A stretch of DNA of 61,471 nt from Octopus bimaculoides (GCF_001194135.2 NC_068984.1:104592865-104654335), one strand, 5' to 3'; positions 1 through 12,947 are shown, numbered from the stretch's first letter. Notes: a model not told the origin generated them from the sequence alone. Translations and numbers: made by a program.

Positions 1-39
<39 letters not shown>

Positions 40-60
40 CATACACATGTATATATATAT
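1..60. repeat. (TA)n microsatellite
   Basis: Direct reading: atatat... with a short (TACA) interruption. Confidence 0.95.
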
Positions 61-975
61 AAGTACCTTGAGAGAAAAGTTGGACCTAAGAAGCATCAGT
101 TGTGGTGTGCAAGAGAGACGATTGCGCTGGTATGGTCATGTGGCAAGAATGGATGAGGATAGCTGTGTGAAAAAGCGCTATACCCTAGCAGTTGAGAGAG
201 CCTGTAGAAGAAGTAGACCCAGGAAGACCTGGGATGAGGTGGTGAAGCAGGACCTTCGAACATTAGGGTTCACCGAGGCAATGACTAGTGACTGAGACCT
301 TTGGAAATATGCAGTTTGTGAGAAGACCCGGCAAGCTAAGTGAGACCATAATTCGTGGCCTCTGCCAGAAGTGTACCCAGCTCACTTATTCGTATCTTTA
401 CTTCATTGGACACTAAACTCTGCTTGCGAAGACCTGTTGAGGCAAGTGAAACCGAAATCGAACCAAATTCGATGACTGGCACCCATGCCAACCTCTCCTT
501 CATTGAACTCTAAACTCTGTTTGTGAAGACCTGTTGGGCAAGTGAAATTGAAATTGTAATTGAACCATATTCGATGACTGGCTTCTGTGCCAGTGGAGCA
601 CTAACAGCACCGTCCGAGCATGATCATTGCCAGAGCAGATGTCTGGCTTCTGTGCCAGTGGCATGTAAATAGCAGCATTTGAGCGTGATCGTTACCAATG
701 TCACCTTACTGGCACTTGTGCCGGTGGCATGTTAGAAAACATTCGAGTGAGGTCATTGCCAGTGCCGCTGGACTGTCCCTCATGCCAGTGGCATGTAAAA
801 GCACCCACTACACTCTTGGAGTGGTTGGTGTTAGGAAGGGCATCCAGCTGTAGAAACTCTGCCAGATCAGATTGGAGCCTGGTGCAGCCATCTGGTTCAC
901 CAGTCCTCAGTCAAATTGTTCAACCCATGCTAGCATGGAAAGTGGACGTTAAACGATGATGATGATGATGATGAT
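61..975 (+). mobile_element. 5'-truncated RTE-clade LINE: C-terminal ORF remnant, 3' UTR with internal repeats, (GAT)n tail
   Basis: Translation LREKLDLRSISCGVQERRLRWYGHVARMDEDSCVKK...RPRKTWDEVVKQDL matches the RTE C-terminal RLRWxGHVxRM...RPxKTW motif. Ends ggacgttaaac(gat)n. Same sequence recurs in reverse at 50490-51122. Confidence 0.9.
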
Positions 976-995
976 ATACATATATGTATATATAT

Positions 996-1139
996 ATCAT
1001 CATCATCATCATCATCGTTTAACGTCCGCTTTCCATGCTAGCATGGGTTGGACGATTTGACTGAGGACTGGTGAAACCGGATGGCAACACCAGGCTCCAA
1101 TCTAATTTGGCAGAATTTCTACAGCTGGATGCCCTTCCT
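996..1139 (-). mobile_element. RTE LINE 3' end, inverted relative to 61-975, running into a gap
   Basis: (cat)n-cgtttaacgtccgctttccatgctagcatggg... is the reverse complement of 833-975. Confidence 0.9.
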
Positions 1140-1308
1140 NNNNNNNNNNNNNNNNNNNNNNNNNNNNNNNNNNNNNNNNNNNNNNNNNNNNNNNNNNNNN
1201 NNNNNNNNNNNNNNNNNNNNNNNNNNNNNNNNNNNNNNNNNNNNNNNNNNNNNNNNNNNNNNNNNNNNNNNNNNNNNNNNNNNNNNNNNNNNNNNNNNNN
1301 NNNNNNNN
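1140..1308. other. Assembly gap
   Basis: N run. Confidence 1.
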
Positions 1309-1324
1309 TATATATATATATATA

Positions 1325-1690
1325 TTGAACTTGTTTCAATCATTGGACTGTGCTCATGTTGGGGCATCACCTTGAAGGGTTTTGTTAAAGAAATTGGCGC
1401 CAATGCATTTTTTTGAAGACTGGTACTTATTCTATCAATTTCTTTTGCTGAACCACAAGGTTACAGGGTTGTACACAAACCAATGCTGGTTGTCAAGCAG
1501 TGGTAGGGGACAAACTCAAACACAGAAGCAAACACAAACATGGAGACACACACACACACACACACACATATATAACAGGCCTCTTTTACAAGGCTTTGGT
1601 AAGCCTGAGGCGATAGTAGAAGACACTTTTGCCTTCAGTGCATTGCAGCAGTAATGAACCCAAAACCATGTGACTGGGAAGTAAACTTTT
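1325..1690 (-). mobile_element. Degraded tRNA-derived SINE (family B, same as 27086-27490)
   Basis: Shares ggtacttattctatc, acaaggctttgg...gatagtagaagacact and aaccatgtgactgggaagt blocks with 27086-27490. Confidence 0.65.
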
Positions 1691-1712
1691 TACCACACAA
1701 CCATGCTTGTAC

Positions 1713-1753
<41 letters not shown>

Positions 1754-2980
1754 TTTTTTTGTTTTATGATTGTCACCTACTTCACTACTCAACAACCAGT
1801 GTTGGTTTGTTTACATCATCACTAGCACAGCTAGAGAGGGTGGAGGGGGTGGTCCACTCTGGGCGGCACTTTTATGGGGGCAACACCACTTTTGGGTCTG
1901 CTGTAGGTAATATATGTTTTTTATGGGAACTTGGGGGCAGTAAACTGAAGGGCTGCTCTTAGCAGCACACACTCTGGCTATGCTAGTGATCCCCGTGAAT
2001 CAGTGGTTTGATAAAAGAGATCAATAGAATCTCTTTTATCAAACCACTAGAGATCAATAGAATAAGTATTGGACTTAAAAATATGTACTGAGGTTGATTA
2101 GGGTACCAAAGTGGTACCCTAAAATGGCTGCAGTTTTATGAGTGAAACAAGTAAAAGATGTTACAGTATCTTATGTAATAAAAATGTGCTTATACAAATA
2201 TTATTATATTTTAAGTAAGAACAATGTATCTGTGTAATAGTTATTAATATTGAAATAATAATAATATAATTAATATAATAAAAATGCTTTTGTAACCGTT
2301 ACAGTATTATGTTACAACATTTTAAGTAATAAAAATATCTATTTAAATGTTACAATAGTTCATGTGATAAAAATGTATCTATGAAAATGTAACAATATTT
2401 TATGTTATTTAAAAATATATGAATATGATTCTTTCATTCTTCTTATTTTTATATTTTATATCGCATCAATATTAATTTTCCAAGAAGATTGTTTCTCAGA
2501 AGAGTTTAAGCATTTCCAGTCATGATAATAAATATAATGTATTAGCCATTTATAATCCCTTTGAAGCCATCATAATTAAGTTAAGCAATACTATTTTAAC
2601 ACCTTGAAAATATGGCAGCAAAAATAAACAAATAAACATTCATGAATATAAAGTTTACTATTATAATTAATCCCTATCTACTTTTAGATGACTAAAATGA
2701 AATTAAAAAAATGAATGACGTCTTAATCTACAATCATTGATCTGTATTATCAAGGATTATCAATATTGGATCATAATAAGTAATCTTGTTATAAAAGAAC
2801 ATTCTTTCCTCTCATATATTGTCCTACATAAAGAAATAGCTGTAATGTTCTATGCTAATAATGTTTATATAATTGAAAAGTCTCAAAGTTATATTTATGA
2901 CTAAAAAACATCATAGAGTTTTGATATTATGAACACAGAGAACTTAAGTATTTATTTGGATAGTATCAACTGTACAGGTA

Positions 2981-3130
2981 AGGTGCATGGCCTAGTAGTT
3001 ATGGTGTTTGAATGATCATCATAATGTTGTGAGTTCAATTTCTAGACAGGACAGAGTATTGTGTCATTGACCAAGGCACTTCACTTTATGTTGTTTCAGC
3101 CTACTAAGCTGGAAATGAGTACCAGCCTAG
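2981..3130 (+). mobile_element. Degraded tRNA-headed SINE
   Basis: A-box-like tggcctagtag and B-box-like gagttcaattt, followed by caaggcacttcact...gaaatgagtacc. Confidence 0.5.
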
Positions 3131-4147
3131 TGTTGCTGCACACCCCCTCTCTCACTCTCTCTCTCCAGCTGTTACACTCTAGATGTTCTGCTGGGTTAAC
3201 TACTGGGAGAGCTAAAAGGCTATCTGCTTTACTTTTGACTACATAGGCATCTAAAACAATTTGCGAAACCATGGTACATATGATCAAGCCATATTCATTT
3301 GCAGGTGACTGCTGGCTATAATTAACACCCACTTTCACATATATAAGAAATGAATTTTCAGAATACTAAAGAATTGTTTTAAATTCAAAGTAAACAAGGA
3401 AATAGAACTAAGCAAACAACAAAAAATTAATTGATGTATAGTAACTTTAATAGAAAAATTTATCAAAGAAATTATTGAATGTGTGACAGTCCCATATAAA
3501 TATCTAGTATTGCTAAATTGAAGGAATTTAATCAGTTAGCAAAAAAAAATTCAATCTTTGAGTAACCTGGAATAACTTCATTGACATGTATGCTTTGGTT
3601 AAAAGACAATTGTACTAATAGACTTTTGTTTGAATTCATTGAAATAAAAACCGAAGTACTGAACAAAATCACAGGTCTGGCTTGCACTGGGCCAAACTAT
3701 TTCTTTGACTGAAAAGCCAGGCTGAAGTAGTAAATAACAAAATGGCCTCTAAGATCAGGTAACAAGAAACTGTTGGACATGGTTTTAAAAAATGCTAAAT
3801 AAAGAAATCTAATTTTTGTAAAATAGATTTTAATTAGGAGAGCCCACCTAGCGCCAACAGCTTAAAATAGTTTCAAGGATTCTGGATTATTTTTCTGCTT
3901 TTTTAACTTAATTTTTGAGAGTGGTCGGGTTCATTTTTAGCATTCTTGTTTGTGAGAGCAGTTGAGTTTATTTCAGATATTCTCATTTTAAAAATCATCT
4001 CTGGCTAATCGTTGAGAGGATGTCGGTGTTGCCTTGGCATAAGTTTGAGCTTTCTGAGTGCCATCATCATCATTGTCGTCGCTGCTGCCGCCGTCATCCT
4101 CATCCTCATCCTCATCATCATCATCATCACCATCATCATCATTATTA

Positions 4148-4225
4148 ACTTGCTAGTACATGTTAATTTAGTTAGCAGGTATTTTATCTTGATGCTTGGT
4201 GATAACAATTCTTCTCAAATCTATT
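4148..4225 (-). mobile_element. 3' tip of RLE-type LINE
   Basis: Similar to 55275-55340 (gcaggtattttatcttga...ggtgataacaa), next to a (CAT/TAT)n tail. Confidence 0.55.
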
Positions 4226-4239
4226 GCTATCATTGTTTG

Positions 4240-6050
4240 GTCTAACAATCACAAACACAGTGTTTCAGCAGGCAGATAAATATAAAAACACCTGGAAGCA
4301 TCCCCAATCTGGTAACTGGCACATGCTTGACTATGTCATAACTAAGAGCAAAGATTGCAGTGATTTCAGATTAACCAGAGCTCACAAAACTCCTGAGTGT
4401 TACTTAGATCACAGAATAGTTTGCAGTAAGGTATTTGTTAAATCATACACAAACAGACCACTGAGATCCAGCATACTTCTGAGAATAAACGTGTCTTCAT
4501 TAAAAAAATCCCAAAATAACAAAATTTTCGAAATGTATCTAAATTGAAAACTTGAGAATATAGAGGAAAGCAATGATCCTGAAGTTTTGTGGCACAATAT
4601 CTGTGACAGCATCAAATCCTCTGCTGAAGAAATTCTAGGATTTGTCAAATGCAAGCACCAAGATTGATTAAATGAGAATGATTCTCAAATCAAATCTCTC
4701 CAAGAAACTAAGCACAAAAGACACAAGGCATGGATCTTAAAAAAAACAAAAGCAAAAAAAAAAACTCGCCATCACTCAGATCCCTATATATCTCTAAGAA
4801 AACTACTCAGAAAAAAAAAAAAAAAACTGACAGAGATGAAACATTCTTGGTGAGCAAAAAAAGCCCAAGAAATGTCCAGTCAAAACTCTTAAGTAGCAAA
4901 AATGAAATTCTGTATTAAATTAAGAAACCACTGCTGACCCTGAAGTAATCAATGAAATCCTTCAGAGGCCCATAATTGAGGAACCTGTGGGAGATCCTTC
5001 TTTGGAAGAGATAAGTACTGCTATTAAAAAACTTTCCAGTGGTAAAGCTTCTGGACAAGATGATATGCCCATAGAAGTGTACAAGCATGGTGGTAGAAAA
5101 TTTGTAAGAAAGCGGTGCAAATTAATTTGTTTGACTTGGGAAACTAGATCTATTCCCCAACAGTTTAAAGATGCATGTATAATACACTTGTACAAAAACA
5201 AAGGGAAGAAAAGAGCATGTAATAATCACAGGGGAATAAGTTTGTTGTGCAGAGCTGAAAAAATTCTTGCAGGGATGATCCTTAACCACATCAACAAGTA
5301 TGTAGTAAAAAGCATATATCCTGAATCCCAATGTAGATTTCGGGCTGGGAGAGGCATAGTTGACCTGACTTTTGCCTTTCAGCAAGTTCAAGTAAAAGCA
5401 TGTGAACAAAATACTGACTTGTACATGGACTTTGTTGACTTGACCAGGGCCTATGATACTGTGAATTGTGAGGCACTCTGGAAAATTTTGCCTAAAGTTG
5501 GTCTTCATGGTAAAATGATAAGAGTAATATCTCTGCACAAAGACATATAAAGAAACTTGAAACCTTTCACGTGTACTGTCTGTGCAATTTTTGCAACATA
5601 AAATGGCAAGATAAGATACCAAATGTTAAAATCTTAGGAAAATGTGATATCTCCAGTATCAAAAGCATGCTGCTGAGAATTCAGTGCAGATGGGTTGGAC
5701 ATGTTCAAATGAAAGATGACCACATTCCAAAAATTCTTTTGTATGGCTAACAAGTAAAGATATTACAGTAATGGAAAACCCACCCGTAAGCATAAGTTGA
5801 AGCAATAACTAGTCTCTACAGCTTAATTTGACATGGGAATGTCATTGCCTAGATCAATCTGCATGGCATAAAATGTGTCATGATGCATCAAAACAATCTG
5901 AGTTTCAGAAACAGAACAATAAAAGAAATTATATCCTGCAATCAGCAGACACATTTGCCCAATCACAGGCAAAATCAAAATCATCAATGTCCCCATTTTG
6001 ACTTTGTAGCAAAATCCATACCTGGACAATAATTATATTCATGCAGCCAT
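4240..6050 (+). mobile_element. Degraded RTE-BovB-like LINE (APE C-terminus, RT N-half, internal deletion, C-terminal region)
   Basis: TWKHPQSGNWHMLDYVI...DHRIV (APE). KASGQDDMP, WETRSIPQQFKDACIIHLYKNKG, NNHRGISLL, YPESQCRFRAGRG, DFVDLTRAYDTV (RT, ORF 4987-5550). RWVGHVQMKDDHIPKILLYG near 5690-5745. Multiple stops. Confidence 0.9.
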
Positions 6051-6287
6051 TGCAAATATATGTAGGTTCTTTTATTCATCTATTTTTAAAGTTGCTTTTT
6101 CTTTGTTTTTTAAATCCTCTCCTTCAAACACTCATACATCAAAATCAACAAGAGTGACCATCATCAGTATTATTATTATTATTATTATTAAAATGGTCAG
6201 CTAGCTGAATTGTTAGCATGCAGTATTTTCTTCATCTTTACATTCTGACTTTGCTTTTCACCCTTTCAGGGCTGATACAATAAGTAC

Positions 6288-6288
<1 letters not shown>

Positions 6289-6372
<84 letters not shown>

Positions 6373-6386
6373 GTTGTTGTTGTTGT
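6289..6386. repeat. (TAT)n/(TGT)n microsatellite
   Basis: Direct reading. Confidence 0.95.
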
Positions 6387-7087
6387 AACAGCCTCTGAAC
6401 ACTTTGGCAATAACATCAGTCAAAATATGTTACTCTCTCTTATCTTGCCACCCATATTACATTGTTACCTCATAAGTTAGGAACACAATTTCTCTTTCTT
6501 GACTCCAATATCTTGGGAATACTAACTGTCCTTGCTCACGTCATACTAATCTCTAACTTTATCTACAAGCATTATAACCATGTTAATCCTCAGTAACAGA
6601 TTCCCTAGCACATCTCATTCAATGATGAAACCATTCCATTAATACACTACCTAGAATAGTACTTTATTTTATCAACTCAGAAAGGATGAAAGCAAAGTTG
6701 ATGTCAGTGGAATTTGAACTCAGAATGCAGTGGTTCATAACAAATACTGTGAAGCATTGTATCCTGTGCTCTAATAAATATGCCATTTCACTATCTAAAA
6801 GAATTCCCAGTTAGAACAATATAAAGATAAATTCTAGAAACCAAAAGCAGTTGAACATAAAAAAAATTCTAAAGGTAAACATTGAACATGGAAAAAAAAA
6901 GTGTGAAACTGATGGTTCTACATGAAACTAGAAACAAAATACTTTGAAAGGTAAGCCCAGTCACTCAACAACAACAATAAATTTACTTATAAACAGACAA
7001 CACAGAAGATAAAAACATTCTTTTGAAACATTACTAATCACAAGAAAACATTAAAAAAACTTCTAAGTACCACCCTTATCTTCTTAC

Positions 7088-7194
7088 ATCCATAGTTTGC
7101 AAAGAGTCTGAACAATATATGTAAACACAAAGCCTTCTCATGTCAAAGACAGTAATAACCAAAGCAACTAATATATACTGCGTAAATGAAATAC
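7088..7194 (-). CDS. Candidate internal coding exon (107 nt, phase 1 to 0): (G)ISFTQYILVALVITVFDMRRLCVYIYCSDSLQTMD
   Basis: Minus-strand acceptor gttttttattctgcag| and donor GAT|gtaaga. Only one of three frames is open end to end. No family recognised. Confidence 0.4.
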
Positions 7195-7333
7195 CTGCAG
7201 AATAAAAAACACGCTTTTGTGGAAGTAAAGTAAAACTTTATCATCACATGATATTCATGAAACAAAAGCAGACATTCAACATAGGGACCCTCAAACTCTA
7301 AATAGAACTGGGCAAACAAACTCAGAGAAGACA

Positions 7334-7620
7334 TCATCATCATCATCATCGTTTAACGTCCGCTTTCCAGGCTAGCATGGGTTGGACGATTTGACTGAGG
7401 ACTGGTGAAACCGGATGGCAACACCAGGCTCCAATCTAATTTGGCAGAGTTTCTACAGCTGGATGCCCTTCCTAACGCCAACCCCTCAGAGAGTGTAGTG
7501 GGTGCTTTTATGTGTCACCGGCACGAAAACGGCCACGCTCGAAATGGTGTCTTTTATGTGCCACCTGCACAAGAGCCAGTCCAGGGGCACTGGCAACGAT
7601 CTCGCTTGAAAACCCTACAA
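7334..7620 (-). mobile_element. RTE LINE 3' end (young subfamily)
   Basis: (cat)n-cgtttaacgtccgc..., highly similar to 41367-41608 and 61129-61471. Confidence 0.9.
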
Positions 7621-7965
7621 AGTCCAGTCAAAGTCATACTTCCACTACATAGATGCTACAAACACTACTTCTAAATTTATCAGAGAGCAAATAACAAACT
7701 AGAAATAGAAGTATTTAAAATAATGACCAACAACTAAAAACATTAACATAATAAACATATACAAATCTTCTCCAACATCCCACTGAGTTAAGCACCCTAG
7801 CTATAATAGCTGAACACATTCCCACCATCTACATGCTTCAATGTGCAGAACACTTCCTTGTACAAAAATAATACAGACAACAGCTACAATAGCATCAAGA
7901 GTAAACTTTCTGTGGATTTGATATATAGAAACTGAAAAAAGCCTGTTGTATATATATCACCATCC

Positions 7966-9000
7966 TTATCATCATCATTTAACGTCTGATTTCCATGCTG
8001 GCACAGGTTGGGTGGTTTGGCTAGAGCTGGCACAGGTTGGGTGGTTTGGCTAGAGCTGGCACAGGTTGGGTGGTTTGGCTAGAGNNNNNNNNNNNNNNNN
8101 NNNNNNNNNNNNNNNNNNNNNNNNNNNNNNNNNNNNNNNNNNNNNNNNNNNNNNNNNNNNNNNNNNNNNNNNNNNNNNNNNNNNNNNNNNNNNNNNNNNN
8201 NNNNNNNNNNNNNNNNNNNNNNNNNNNNNNNNNNNNNNNNNNNNNNNNNNNNNNNNNNNNNNNNNNNNNNNNNNNNNNNNNNNNNNNNNNNNNNNNNNNN
8301 NNNNNNNNNNNNNNNNNNNNNNNNNNNNNNNNNNNNNNNNNNNNNNNNNNNNNNNNNNNNNNNNNNNNNNNNNNNNNNNNNNNNNNNNNNNNNNNNNNNN
8401 NNNNNNNNNNNNNNNNNNNNNNNNNNNNNNNNNNNNNNNNNNNNNNNNNNNNNNNNNNNNNNNNNNNNNNNNNNNNNNNNNNNNNNNNNNNNNNNNNNNN
8501 NNNNNNNNNNNNNNNNNNNNNNNNNNNNNNNNNNNNNNNNNNNNNNNNNNNNNNNNNNNNNNNNNNNNNNNNNNNNNNNNNNNNNNNNNNNNNNNNNNNN
8601 NNNNNNNNNNNNNNNNNNNNNNNNNNNNNNNNNNNNNNNNNNAGAGCTGGCACAGGTTGGGTGGTTTGGCTAGAGCTGGCACAGGTTGGGTGGTTTGGCT
8701 AGAGCTGGCACAGGTTGGGTGGTTTGGCAAGCTGGAGAGCTGTACTAAGTTCCAGTTGTGTGTTTTAGCTTGGTTTCTATGGCTGCATGCCCTTCCTAAT
8801 GCCAACCACTTTACACAAGGTGCTTTTTACTTGACATCAGCACAGGTGCGTCTTATGTGGTACTGACACAGGTGCTTTTTATGTGGAACCAGCACAAGTG
8901 CTCTTTACATGTTATCAGCACAGGTGCTTTTTACATGCCATCAGTACAGGTGTGCTTTTTACATGCTATTGACATAGGTGCTTTTTACATGGCACCATAT
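7966..9000 (-). mobile_element. Older RTE LINE 3' end containing an expanded 29-bp tandem repeat and an assembly gap
   Basis: atcatcatttaacgtctgatttccatgctgg at the left; gcatgcccttcctaatgccaaccact and caggtgctttttacat repeats at the right. Confidence 0.7.
7997..8729. repeat. 29-bp minisatellite GCTGGCACAGGTTGGGTGGTTTGGCTAGA
   Basis: Units start at 7997, 8026 and 8055, then at 8646, 8675 and 8704 after the gap (8085-8642). Confidence 0.95.
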
Positions 9001-9897
9001 ATATATGTATGTGTGTCTTAGTGTCTGTGTTTGTTTGCCACCAACTGGTGTTGGTGTGTTTATGTCCCCTTAGTTAGTCATTTGGCTACAAAGACCAATA
9101 GAATAAGTACCAAGCTTTAAAAAAATTTACTGGAGTTGACTCGTTTGACTAAAATTCTTCAAGGTAACACTCCAGTATGGCTGCAGTCTAATAGCTGAAA
9201 CAAGTGAAAGATAAGACATCTAAAATAATCCACACCAATGTACCCACCAAACTAAAAACTCACATTCATCATAATCGAACTTATTTTACATGCTAAACCA
9301 TCTTATACCAACATGCCCATCAATGTAACAACTTCTCCCTATCACAACTAGAATTACTTTATATCCAAACCAAACACTCACCAAACCAACAACTTCTTTC
9401 ATAATCTCTCTGCTCCAAACTTCTAGCTAGCATAACCCCATAGTAAACAGTTCTCAAACTCTCATATGACTATTACCAACACATCATACATACATCAATA
9501 AGAAGAAAAGATAAACACTTTCAAAACTGTGACAAATAGCTGACTGGGACCACTCCCACTAAGAAATAGCATTAATGTTAGGATAACTCAACAACATAAA
9601 AATTGTAGTAGATTTAACAAAATGATTATAGATATCTCACAAGACAACATAAAAGATACAACCCAAATTACACTAATAAAACAGACTGAATCTGATAAAG
9701 ACTAGAGATAATCTCAAGTACATCAACACCATACACAATAAAAAGAATCAAGAAACTGAATAACAAAAAAAAACTGAAAATCAACAAACATTTGCATCTA
9801 ACATGTATCAGAAAACAAGTAGTAAAACAGAATACACACTAATTAGTAGCACCAACACATCTAACAATAACTGTAATACATCACATGTTACAATAAT

Positions 9898-10280
9898 GTT
9901 GTTGTTGGTACTCCGTCGCTTACGACATCGAGGGTTCCAGTTGATCTGATCAACGGAACAGCCTGCTCGTGAAATTAACGTGCAAGTGGCTGAGCACTCT
10001 ACAGACATGTGTACCCTTAACATAGTTCTCGGGGATATTCAGCGTGACACAGTGTGACAAAGCTGGCCCTTTGAATTACAGGCACAATACAAACAGGAAG
10101 TAAGAGTGAGAGAAAGTTGTGGTGAAAGAGTACAGCAGGGTTCGCCCCCATCCCCTACCGGAGCCTCGTGAAACTTTAGGTGTTTTCGCTCAATAAACAC
10201 AACACCCGGTCTGGGAATCGAAACTGCGATCCTATGACCGCAAATCCGCTGCCCTAACCACTGGGCCATTGCGCCTCCAC
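9898..10280 (-). mobile_element. Full-length tRNA-derived SINE (family A) with 11-bp TSD
   Basis: Minus strand begins GTGGAGGCGCAATGGCCCAGTGGTTAGGGCAGCGG (A box) and has GTTTCGATTCC (B box-like) and a (CAA)n tail. GTTACAATAAT is duplicated at 9887-9897 and 10281-10291. Confidence 0.9.
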
Positions 10281-10910
10281 GTTACAATAATAATCTCTGC
10301 ATAATAGCTAATATAAATATTGGTTGGTTGGCTGACTTTTCCAATCACACTTTGTGTCATATAAAGAGAAAGGGAGAGAGCAAAAGAGAGATAGAGAAAG
10401 AGTTAGCATTGGAGGTGAAGGATGAGTGTACATACTATGGCTGGTGGCAGGCAATGAGTAAATGAATGCTACACACACAGTGATAAAGAATTACCAATCA
10501 AGATAAGATGCAAATTACATAGCATACACCTAGACCATAACATTGATTCCTTCCAGCCATCAGGAGACAGAAAAACAAGAAATTTCTAAAAATAATATAT
10601 ATAGTGCTGACTATAATAGAAAATAATTATATACACACTCTATCTTCCAGTATTGAGCACTCTTCCTCACGTTCATCATCACTAACAATAACACATCTCC
10701 ACATATACATTTTCAACATGACCTAACACAGACCAATCACACATTTCTCCATTACACCTGTCTTTTTCTTCCCCTCTACACTCTTTCCTTCTCTCTGTCA
10801 CAGTTTCTAAGGAAGAACTTTAGCTCAATATGCCAAAGTGTCCACTATTTTCTGAATTCTTATTGAGTTCTTTGTATTGTTATTAATGTTGCTAATTTTC
10901 AAACCAATAT

Positions 10911-10947
10911 ATTGTGTGTGTGCGTGTGTATAAACTCTGTCTGTCTC

Positions 10948-10986
<39 letters not shown>

Positions 10987-11028
10987 TGTATGTCTATGCA
11001 TGTGTGTGTGTGCATGCAAGTGTGTGTA

Positions 11029-11079
<51 letters not shown>

Positions 11080-11213
11080 CCTCTCTAACTCTCTGGGAGA
11101 GAGGCACAAGCACATACACAGACATACACACACAGTTCTAATACATATTGTTTCCTTTGTCTTCATATCTTTTCTTTTTATCAACTATAGAAATCTATCT
11201 ATCTATCTATCTG

Positions 11214-11269
<56 letters not shown>

Positions 11270-11300
11270 AATACGTGTGTGTGTGTGTGTGTTTGCATGT
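10911..11300. repeat. Compound microsatellite cluster (TG)n/(CT)n/(TA)n/(ATCT)n
   Basis: Direct reading. Confidence 0.95.
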
Positions 11301-11880
11301 GTTTGTTGTGCTCACATGAACACATTATGTGTACTTCACAGATAATTTACATGTAACAAATATTTTGCTAACCTTATCAATATTATATTTACTTAAGGTA
11401 ACAATTTATCGTCTAATGCTGTTTTATTTAGTAATCAGTATTTAAGCAAAACACTTCAGTGAAATATTACTTAACCATTGTCAATTATATCTCATTTTTC
11501 CCTACAATGTCTGCAGAATGAAAAACAGAAAGTCATAATTATATATGTATGTGACATTAAATTAATTATAGTCAGTATTGTTGGAAAACCTAAGAATTTA
11601 GAACAGATGTTTCTTAATTTATCAGCTAACATTAATCACTTCTCAATAGTAATTATGTTAAGTCTTTTACATCCTGATTATTAGCAGCATGAACATTATT
11701 ATCCTCATTAGGAACTTAATGTTGATAAATTTTTCATGGTTGAATAAGTTAAGCTGAGTCAGTTTGTCAACTTCCTTCAAATTTAACTCTATTCTTAAAT
11801 TGCAACTCTTAAATTGCAACTCTCATTCAAGTAGATGAAGTTTTAGTAATTTCCCATTTTTCATCAGTCACTGAATCAAT

Positions 11881-11884
11881 GAGA

Positions 11885-11956
<72 letters not shown>
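11881..11956. repeat. (GA)n microsatellite
   Basis: Direct reading. Confidence 0.95.
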
Positions 11957-11958
<2 letters not shown>

Positions 11959-12753
11959 TGTGTCTTTAGCTAGACACTAGTTAAATAAATGAGTACACAA
12001 AGCTCTCATTCTTTTCCCAATGGAATGTAGAACAGGCTGCATCTTTCTCTTTCTCTTTGAGTAGAACTCAGCTAGAGCAGTAACAAATGGAATCTACTTT
12101 TTTTTCAAGTACTTTTAATGTGAGACGTATTTAAGTTAAATGCGACATTGGTTTGTCGTATCTCTATTCTACCAGCTTCGAAACCACACATCTTCTGAGT
12201 TTTTAACTTTTATCTCATCATATTTACCACCTACACTACATGTGACTCTCACCCTAAAAATGAAAAAAAAAATCATTTCACGAACACATACACAATATTT
12301 CAACAAGTGCTTTTACATTTAACTCAAAACTTTGTGTTTATGAATGTTATTATTAAAAATTGTTACTTTTTTCCATATGAATTACAGTATTATTCAGACC
12401 TATAATTATGGTTTCTAATTTAGGCACAACGCTAGCAAATTTGAGTGAGTGGAGTTAGCCAATACCATCAACTTCACTGTGCTTAATTGGTACTTTATTT
12501 TAACAACCTTGGGAGGATGAAAAGCAAAGTTGAACTCAGCAGGATTTGAACTCTGACCATAAATTCAAACCTGTAATTATGAACTTTTAGAAGTGAACAC
12601 CTGCCAATTAATCTCATTGACTTATAGTATCACTTAGGCCTACTTTTCTACTAATAATTAAAGATAAAAGAGAAATGATTTATTATTGTTATTTTTCACA
12701 TCTACAAGTTCTTTCTAATGACACTTTCCATTTTCTATGGTTTTGTCCTTCCT

Positions 12754-12947
12754 TTAACACCTAGTATTATGTTTTTCACATTTACTCAATCTTAATATTG
12801 TTAAGTCACTGTTTTCTGCTTTCATAGAAATATTGAAAATGAATTTAAGGTTGATTTGAAACAATTTAGTTTATGTAATTAATTGGAAGTTTTGGTATTT
12901 AGAATAATTTTGACAGTTTAAAATATTTATTGAAGTCTGGGAGTTAA
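12754..12947. mobile_element. Possible TTAA-flanked MITE (piggyBac-like)
   Basis: TTAACACCTAG at the left versus reverse complement TTAACTCCCAG at the right (9/11 match); ~190 bp, AT-rich. Confidence 0.35.

Noticed and set aside
7441-7460. CTGAGGA...GAAAC in the RTE 3' tail (actually at ~7394-7411, and likewise ~1061, ~41441, ~61189) resembling a hammerhead core
   Set aside because: Only 5 nt lie between the boxes, so stem II cannot form. The region instead folds as CTGGT-GAA-ACCGG, probably the LINE 3' recognition stem-loop.
7997-8729. 29-bp repeats as a CRISPR array
   Set aside because: Units are contiguous with no spacers, derive from a LINE tail, and the context is eukaryotic.
8021-8866. 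Long ORFs spanning N runs (also at 1019-1416, 18356-18817 and 41451-42055)
   Set aside because: Artefacts of translating through gaps.
10200-10280. tRNA gene
   Set aside because: It is a SINE head: A and B boxes are present, but it continues into a SINE body and tail with a TSD and has no complete cloverleaf.
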